NCBI RefSeq assembly: GCF_000013905.1
Contig: NC_007969.1
Span: 390,001 to 422,000 of the forward strand
Length of the DNA stretch: 32,000 nt
Direction: 5' to 3'
Source of the DNA: Psychrobacter cryohalolentis K5
GTDB taxonomy: Bacteria > Pseudomonadota > Gammaproteobacteria > Pseudomonadales > Moraxellaceae
The number at the start of each line of letters is the position of its first letter. Within the stretch, counting starts at the first letter, position 1. The position numbers and the translations under genes were made by a program. Positions 27,727 to 32,000 of the stretch are shown piece after piece. Below the pieces are notes generated by a model. That model searched no databases. It saw only the letters and a program-made list of their open reading frames with translations, and was not told the origin of the DNA.

Positions 27727-28914
27727 ATGAGTTTACCTGGATTGAATTTTCAGCTTGGCGAAGATATCGATGCCTTACGTGATATGGTACAACAGTTTGC
27801 GGCTAATGAAATAGCCCCACGTGCTGCCGAGATTGACAGTAGCGATGAGTTCCCAATGGATTTATGGCAAAAGATGGGTGATATTGGCCTACACGGTATT
27901 ACCGTTCCTGAAGAGTACGGTGGCTCTAATATGGGCTACGTCGCACATATGGTGGCGATGGAAGAGATTAGCCGCGCTTCTGCCTCTGTAGCGCTGAGCT
28001 ATGGCGCGCACTCAAACCTATGTATCAACCAAATCAAACGTAATGGCTCTGAGGCACAAAAGCAAAAGTACCTGCCAAAACTCATTAGTGGCGAATTCAT
28101 CGGTGCATTGGCAATGAGTGAGACAGGCGCTGGCTCAGATGTCGTTAGTATGAAGCTAAAAGCCGAAGAAAAAGATGGCAGTTACGTGTTGAATGGTAGC
28201 AAAATGTGGATTACCAATGGTCCTGATGCGGACGTTATGGTTGTTTATGCTAAGACCAATCCTGAGCTGGGTGCTAAAGGCATGACGGCTTTTATCGTTG
28301 AAAAAGGCATGGAAGGCTTTGGCACCGCTCAAAAGCTTGATAAGCTTGGCATGCGTGGTAGCCATACTGGTGAGATGACTTTTAAAAATGTAGAAGTACC
28401 AAGCGAAAATATTTTGGGCGGTCTAAACGAAGGCGTTAAGGTATTGATGAGCGGGCTGGATTATGAGCGTGCGGTATTGGCCGCAGGTCCTATCGGTATT
28501 ATGCAAGCCGTGATGGACAATGTCGTGCCTTATATTCATGATCGTAAGCAGTTTGGTCAAGCTATCGGTGAGTTTCAGCTTATTCAAGGTAAAGTTGCAG
28601 ACATGTATACGATACTGCAAGCAGGTCGTAGCTTCTTATATACGGTCGGGAAAAACCTCGATATGTTGGACGCGCGCGGTGCCGGTCATAGTCGAGAAGT
28701 ACGTAAAGATTGTGCCAGTGTGATTTTATGGTGTGCTGAAAAAGCCACTTGGATGGCAGGCGAGGGCATTCAAATATTTGGTGGTAATGGCTATACCAAC
28801 GAGTATCCACTTGGTCGTTACTGGCGCGATGCCAAGCTTTATGAGATTGGCGCGGGTACCAGTGAGATTCGCCGCATGCTAGTCGGTCGTGAGTTGTTTA
28901 ACGAGACTAAGTAA
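27727..28914 (+). CDS. liuA: Isovaleryl-CoA dehydrogenase
   Basis: Acyl-CoA dehydrogenase motifs ([19 protein letters not shown], the [10 protein letters not shown] region, and the catalytic Glu region [12 protein letters not shown]). The ATG at 27727 lies 6 nt from AAGGA; the ATG at 27721 abuts the RBS. Confidence 0.9.
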   Translation: MSLPGLNFQLGEDIDALRDMVQQFAANEIAPRAAEIDSSDEFPMDLWQKMGDIGLHGITVPEEYGGSNMGYVAHMVAMEEISRASASVALSYGAHSNLCINQIKRNGSEAQKQKYLPKLISGEFIGALAMSETGAGSDVVSMKLKAEEKDGSYVLNGSKMWITNGPDADVMVVYAKTNPELGAKGMTAFIVEKGMEGFGTAQKLDKLGMRGSHTGEMTFKNVEVPSENILGGLNEGVKVLMSGLDYERAVLAAGPIGIMQAVMDNVVPYIHDRKQFGQAIGEFQLIQGKVADMYTILQAGRSFLYTVGKNLDMLDARGAGHSREVRKDCASVILWCAEKATWMAGEGIQIFGGNGYTNEYPLGRYWRDAKLYEIGAGTSEIRRMLVGRELFNETK

Positions 28915-28982
28915 GAATTATTGAGTGTTCATTAGATATTAAGTTCAAAATAAAATCGATACATTAATATCCTCCTGCTAAT

Positions 28983-29049
28983 GGGCTAAATTTTTCTTGC
29001 GTGCTGTTCGCAGGCGTAACAGAGTCTGCGAACAGCTCATCCCTTTAGC
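28983..29049 (-). repeat. Intergenic repeat copy D (inverted orientation) downstream of liuA
   Basis: Its reverse complement, ttcgcagactctgt...acagcacgcaagaaaaatttagccc, aligns with copy B (ttcgcagcctctgt...acagtcagcaagcaaaatt) and copy C. It has its own perfect 11-bp stem gctgttcgcag/ctgcgaacagc (29003-29013 / 29026-29036). Confidence 0.65.
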
Positions 29050-29080
29050 ACTCTGTATTGCTCTCAAATCAAATAGACAT

Positions 29081-29115
29081 AAAAAAGCAGGACGTTTTAA
29101 GCGTCCTGCTTTTTT
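29081..29115. terminator. Bidirectional rho-independent terminator between liuA (+) and coaX (-)
   Basis: 9-bp stem agcaggacg/cgtcctgct with a 7-nt loop, flanked by aaaaa on the left and ttttt on the right. Confidence 0.85.
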
Positions 29116-29145
29116 AATTTCTAGCTTATAAAATTTTTTCAGTCA

Positions 29146-29874
29146 TCATGCCTGTTTACTATGATCAAAATAGCGCGCCAAGCCATTTAATAATAAATCA
29201 TCGCGTAGGCGTACAGGGCGATTGACGTGTTGGGCGATAATAGCTGCATCACCGCCAGTCATGATCACTTCAAAGTTGGGATGACGTGTGCTAATCTCGT
29301 TAATAGCACCGACGATAGATAGTAGTATCCCGCGATGTACCGCGTCTTGCGTGGTGAGACCTTGGCTAACATTATCAAAAGTACCGTTCGAGATGGTAAT
29401 TTGCTTGGTACCAGAAAATAGCGACTCGCGCTGAAGATAAATACTAGGGAAAATGTAACCGCCCAAATGCTCAGCATGGTCAATCAAATCAATGGTCACC
29501 GCCGTGCCGCAACCTATCACACATTGACGTTTGGTTCTATCCACCGCGCCGAGCATTTGTAGCCAGCGGTCACAGCCGAGCTGCTCATCATTATAAGCGC
29601 TTTTCATCAGCGGATAATTGGCATCGACGTGGACAAATTCAAACGGAATATTAAGGCGACTGAGTGTCTCTGAGACTTTGATATTAAGATCATCACCGAG
29701 CACCGATGAGATACCGATAAAGTCAGGGGCATAACGCTCAAAGCGGTCGATCAGACCCATGAGTAATTCGGCAGGTGCTTGCAAATGTTGCTTGGCGTCA
29801 TGTGAGACTATCTGTCCGATATCATCGGTCAGCCAGTATTTAAGGCGAGTGTTGCCGAGATCAAGCCAGAGCAT
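29146..29874 (-). CDS. coaX: Type III pantothenate kinase
   Basis: I prefer the internal start at 29874, which gives MLWLDLGNTRLKYW (the canonical DxGNT phosphate-1 motif at the N-terminus) with an AAGGGA RBS 5 nt upstream. The ORF-track start at 30042 would overlap birA by 130 nt. Other motifs are GCGTAVTID and MTGGDA. Confidence 0.88.
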   Translation of the reverse strand: MLWLDLGNTRLKYWLTDDIGQIVSHDAKQHLQAPAELLMGLIDRFERYAPDFIGISSVLGDDLNIKVSETLSRLNIPFEFVHVDANYPLMKSAYNDEQLGCDRWLQMLGAVDRTKRQCVIGCGTAVTIDLIDHAEHLGGYIFPSIYLQRESLFSGTKQITISNGTFDNVSQGLTTQDAVHRGILLSIVGAINEISTRHPNFEVIMTGGDAAIIAQHVNRPVRLRDDLLLNGLARYFDHSKQA

Positions 29875-29911
29875 AAAATTCCCTTTAGATAGAGCGCATT
29901 CAGTAAATGCT

Positions 29912-30874
29912 TTAAGCGTTATCAATAACGTCGATGCGTCCGGTAAAAAGCGCAGAAATATTACCGTTATCTTGGCGTAATTGCAAACATCCATGTGTAT
30001 CAATACCGCAAGCATAGCCAGTGAGCGTCTCTGTTTGACCATTGTGCTCTTGGCTAATACGTAAGCGCCGTCCTGCTAGTGCATCCATTGAGTCAAATTG
30101 CTGTAAGAAGCTGTCTAAATTATAGGTTTGACCGGTTGGTTTCTCTAACCCTAAATGCTCAAAGCGTGTCATTGCTGCCATCAGTGCTTTGCTCATTTGT
30201 TGATAAAGCTCTCGTAGACTTGGCAGCGTACTTGCTGGTTTATCTGGCGCTAGCAGCTGCTCGATATCTTGTAAGCTAATGGCTTGGTAGCTCATACCTT
30301 CGCAGGTTTGGGCAGTAAGCTTGGGAGTTGCTTGTACATTAAGACCAACTCCCATCACCACGCCGACCAATTTGCCCGCTTGGGTAACCGGCTCAATCAA
30401 TATACCAGCAAGTTTGCTAAATTGAATAATTTGCGTGCCTGATACGGCTTCATCTGCTTCAGAGAGAGATTGATAAAATCCCAAGTCATTCGCCCATTTT
30501 ACCCCTATAGGTGTTAAACCTTGGTTAGCTAGTTGTTCATTTAATGTTTGAATAACAGGCATTTTTGCCAGCTCAATACCGATTATTAACGACAATAAAC
30601 CGCTAATCGGCATATGTACTGGATAATATAACGACAGATAAACATTGCCACGTGGTGATTGCCATGAGCGCCCGTGTTGTCCGCGACCTGCGCTTTGGGT
30701 TTCAGCAGTCAGTAAATGCATATCATGGGCATTGAGCGTGCCATCCTGTACTGCTGCTATGAGCTCACTATTAGTCGAGACGCTGCTAAGTAGGTGCCGA
30801 TGGTTAAGCTCTGGTAAATGAGTAAGCAGGTGTGACTTAGAGGCGCAAGCAGATAAAGAGTCGAGTGGCAGCAT
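29912..30874 (-). CDS. birA: Biotin--[acetyl-CoA-carboxylase] ligase, group I (no N-terminal HTH domain)
   Basis: The biotin-binding motif GRGQHGRSWQSPRGN starts at about residue 63, versus about residue 115 in E. coli BirA. VSTNSEL precedes it and KWANDL follows. It lies directly upstream of coaX, which is the widespread birA-coaX arrangement. There is no clear RBS. Confidence 0.85.
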   Translation of the reverse strand: MLPLDSLSACASKSHLLTHLPELNHRHLLSSVSTNSELIAAVQDGTLNAHDMHLLTAETQSAGRGQHGRSWQSPRGNVYLSLYYPVHMPISGLLSLIIGIELAKMPVIQTLNEQLANQGLTPIGVKWANDLGFYQSLSEADEAVSGTQIIQFSKLAGILIEPVTQAGKLVGVVMGVGLNVQATPKLTAQTCEGMSYQAISLQDIEQLLAPDKPASTLPSLRELYQQMSKALMAAMTRFEHLGLEKPTGQTYNLDSFLQQFDSMDALAGRRLRISQEHNGQTETLTGYACGIDTHGCLQLRQDNGNISALFTGRIDVIDNA

Positions 30875-31084
30875 ACGTTTTTTCGCTTTGGTTAATAGAG
30901 CAAATGTGATAAATGTGGCAAGGGAAATTTTTGATATACTGAGCGATGGTCACAAATAGGCAGTATAGAGTAGATAGAATAAAGGTCAGTATACGATTTG
31001 GCAAATGCAATTAAGCGTATGATCAATAAGTGCTGAAAAGATAAAGTAATCTAGTAAAAAGAAGCAGGATAAAAGGCTGATTCA

Positions 31085-31891
31085 ATGATGTTATATGTAT
31101 GGTTTGTGATTGCAGGGGCGTTTGCTGGCGTCAGCGCAGGCTTGTTTGGCGTCGGTGGCGGTATGATTATCGTACCAGCATTGGTGTGGATTTTTGCGGC
31201 TTATAATTTTCCTCCTGAAGTGGTGACCCATTTGGCGATTGGCACTTCCTTGGCGACCATCGTTGTGACTTCGATCAGCTCATTAACTGCGCATAATAAA
31301 CGCGGCGGTGTACGTTGGGAAGTATGGCGCAAGATGGCGTTGGGCTTGGTCATCGGCAGTCTGGTTGGGGCAGGCATTGCCGATATGATTGACGGTAAGG
31401 TATTGCAAGCGATTATCGGTGTCGGTGCTTTATTGGTCGCTTTAAAGATGTTCTTCTTCTCCAATAAAGAGCAGTTGGGCAAACCATTACCGTCGGTTGG
31501 TGTGCAGTTTGGCGCGGGTACGGGCATTGGCATGGCGTCCTCTATCTTTGGTATTGGCGGCGGTAGCTTGACCGTGCCATTTTTAAACTGGGCAGGGCTA
31601 CCGATGAAGCAATCGGTCGGTACGTCTGCCGCTTGTGGTTTACCTATTGCATTGGCTGGCGCAGCAGGGTTTGCATGGTTTGGTCAAGATGTGGTTAATA
31701 TGCCCGAAGGTACGATAGGCTTTGTCCATATCACAGGATTCTTATGTATTTCCGTTGCTAGCTTTGCGATGGCAAAGGTCGGTGCCAAACTTGCCCACAT
31801 ACTGCCTGCGCTCACGCTTAAGCGAGCTTTTGGCATATTATTGTTATTTGCCGGTGGGCAGTTATTGTTAAGTGGGATTGGGATAATTTAG
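31085..31891 (+). CDS. TauE/SafE (DUF81) family anion exporter/permease
   Basis: 268-aa protein of about 8 TM segments with the duplicated GxGGG motifs (GLFGVGGGMIIVP and SIFGIGGGSLTVP) typical of the TauE/SafE family. Confidence 0.82.
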   Translation: MMLYVWFVIAGAFAGVSAGLFGVGGGMIIVPALVWIFAAYNFPPEVVTHLAIGTSLATIVVTSISSLTAHNKRGGVRWEVWRKMALGLVIGSLVGAGIADMIDGKVLQAIIGVGALLVALKMFFFSNKEQLGKPLPSVGVQFGAGTGIGMASSIFGIGGGSLTVPFLNWAGLPMKQSVGTSAACGLPIALAGAAGFAWFGQDVVNMPEGTIGFVHITGFLCISVASFAMAKVGAKLAHILPALTLKRAFGILLLFAGGQLLLSGIGII

Positions 31892-31894
31892 GTT

Positions 31895-32000
31895 TTACTT
31901 TTTATCAATCGCATCTAGCCCCAAACGCATCCATTTTCTTGCCAGCTCATCATGGTCGCTGAGCATACTCCATAGCGCATCTTCACTAAAGATAGAGTGC
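31895..32000 (-). CDS. Partial ORF (C-terminal 35 codons only), unknown product
   Basis: The minus-strand frame is open from the window edge to a TAA whose complement is at 31895-31897. It translates as ...HSIFSEDALWSMLSDHDELARKWMRLGLDAIDKK. It converges on the TauE gene with only a 3-nt gap. It is too short to identify. Confidence 0.3.
   Translation of the reverse strand, partial: HSIFSEDALWSMLSDHDELARKWMRLGLDAIDKK

Noticed and set aside
29875-30042. Long form of coaX (ORF-track start at 30042) overlapping birA by 130 nt
   Set aside because: Type III PanK begins with the DxGNT motif within its first 10 residues. The ATG at 29874 provides exactly that and has an AAGGGA RBS. The 56-aa extension has no PanK similarity and overlaps the birA coding sequence.
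1-32000. A genomic island, horizontally acquired block or defence system somewhere in the window
   Set aside because: Gene content is biosynthesis, transport and catabolism throughout. By eye, base composition and codon style are uniform. There are no tRNA or integrase boundaries and no nuclease, helicase, methylase or toxin-like ORFs. A formal GC-skew or k-mer scan would be needed to exclude subtle islands.

Overview
This window looks like ordinary core chromosome from a moderately AT-rich gammaproteobacterium. The protein sequences and the many lipoprotein-type binding proteins resemble Moraxellaceae or Psychrobacter, but that assignment is inference only. I support about 27 protein-coding genes. 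In order they are: proA (-); a tiny acidic lipoprotein; a basic-amino-acid/opine-type ABC system laid out as ATPase, three tandem lipoprotein binding proteins, a terminator, a 436-bp gap and two permeases; a FAH-family hydrolase; a Tat-signal PhoX phosphatase; an orphan alpha/beta hydrolase; hslO (-); gltIJKL; a rubredoxin-reductase-like flavoprotein; a leucine/isovalerate catabolic cluster (acyl-CoA synthetase, liuB, liuC, liuD, liuE, liuA); birA-coaX (-); a TauE/SafE permease; and a partial convergent ORF at the 3' edge. I found no tRNA, rRNA, CRISPR array, transposase, integrase, phage gene or recognisable defence gene. I did not find a convincing new multi-gene system and prefer to say so. 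The most interesting unexplained signal is non-coding: a family of roughly 65-70 bp hairpin-forming intergenic repeats in four copies. Two copies bracket hslO in direct orientation with about 124 bp of extended homology. Two bracket liuA in inverted orientation, so a single transcript would be self-complementary across the gene. Lesser oddities include a PhoX with both a twin-arginine motif and a lipobox, a perfect 16-bp tandem duplication over the -35 position of the flavoprotein gene, the split ABC operon layout, an acidic repeat lipoprotein, and a long HTH-less BirA. All product calls rest on motifs I recognise by eye; no database search was run.
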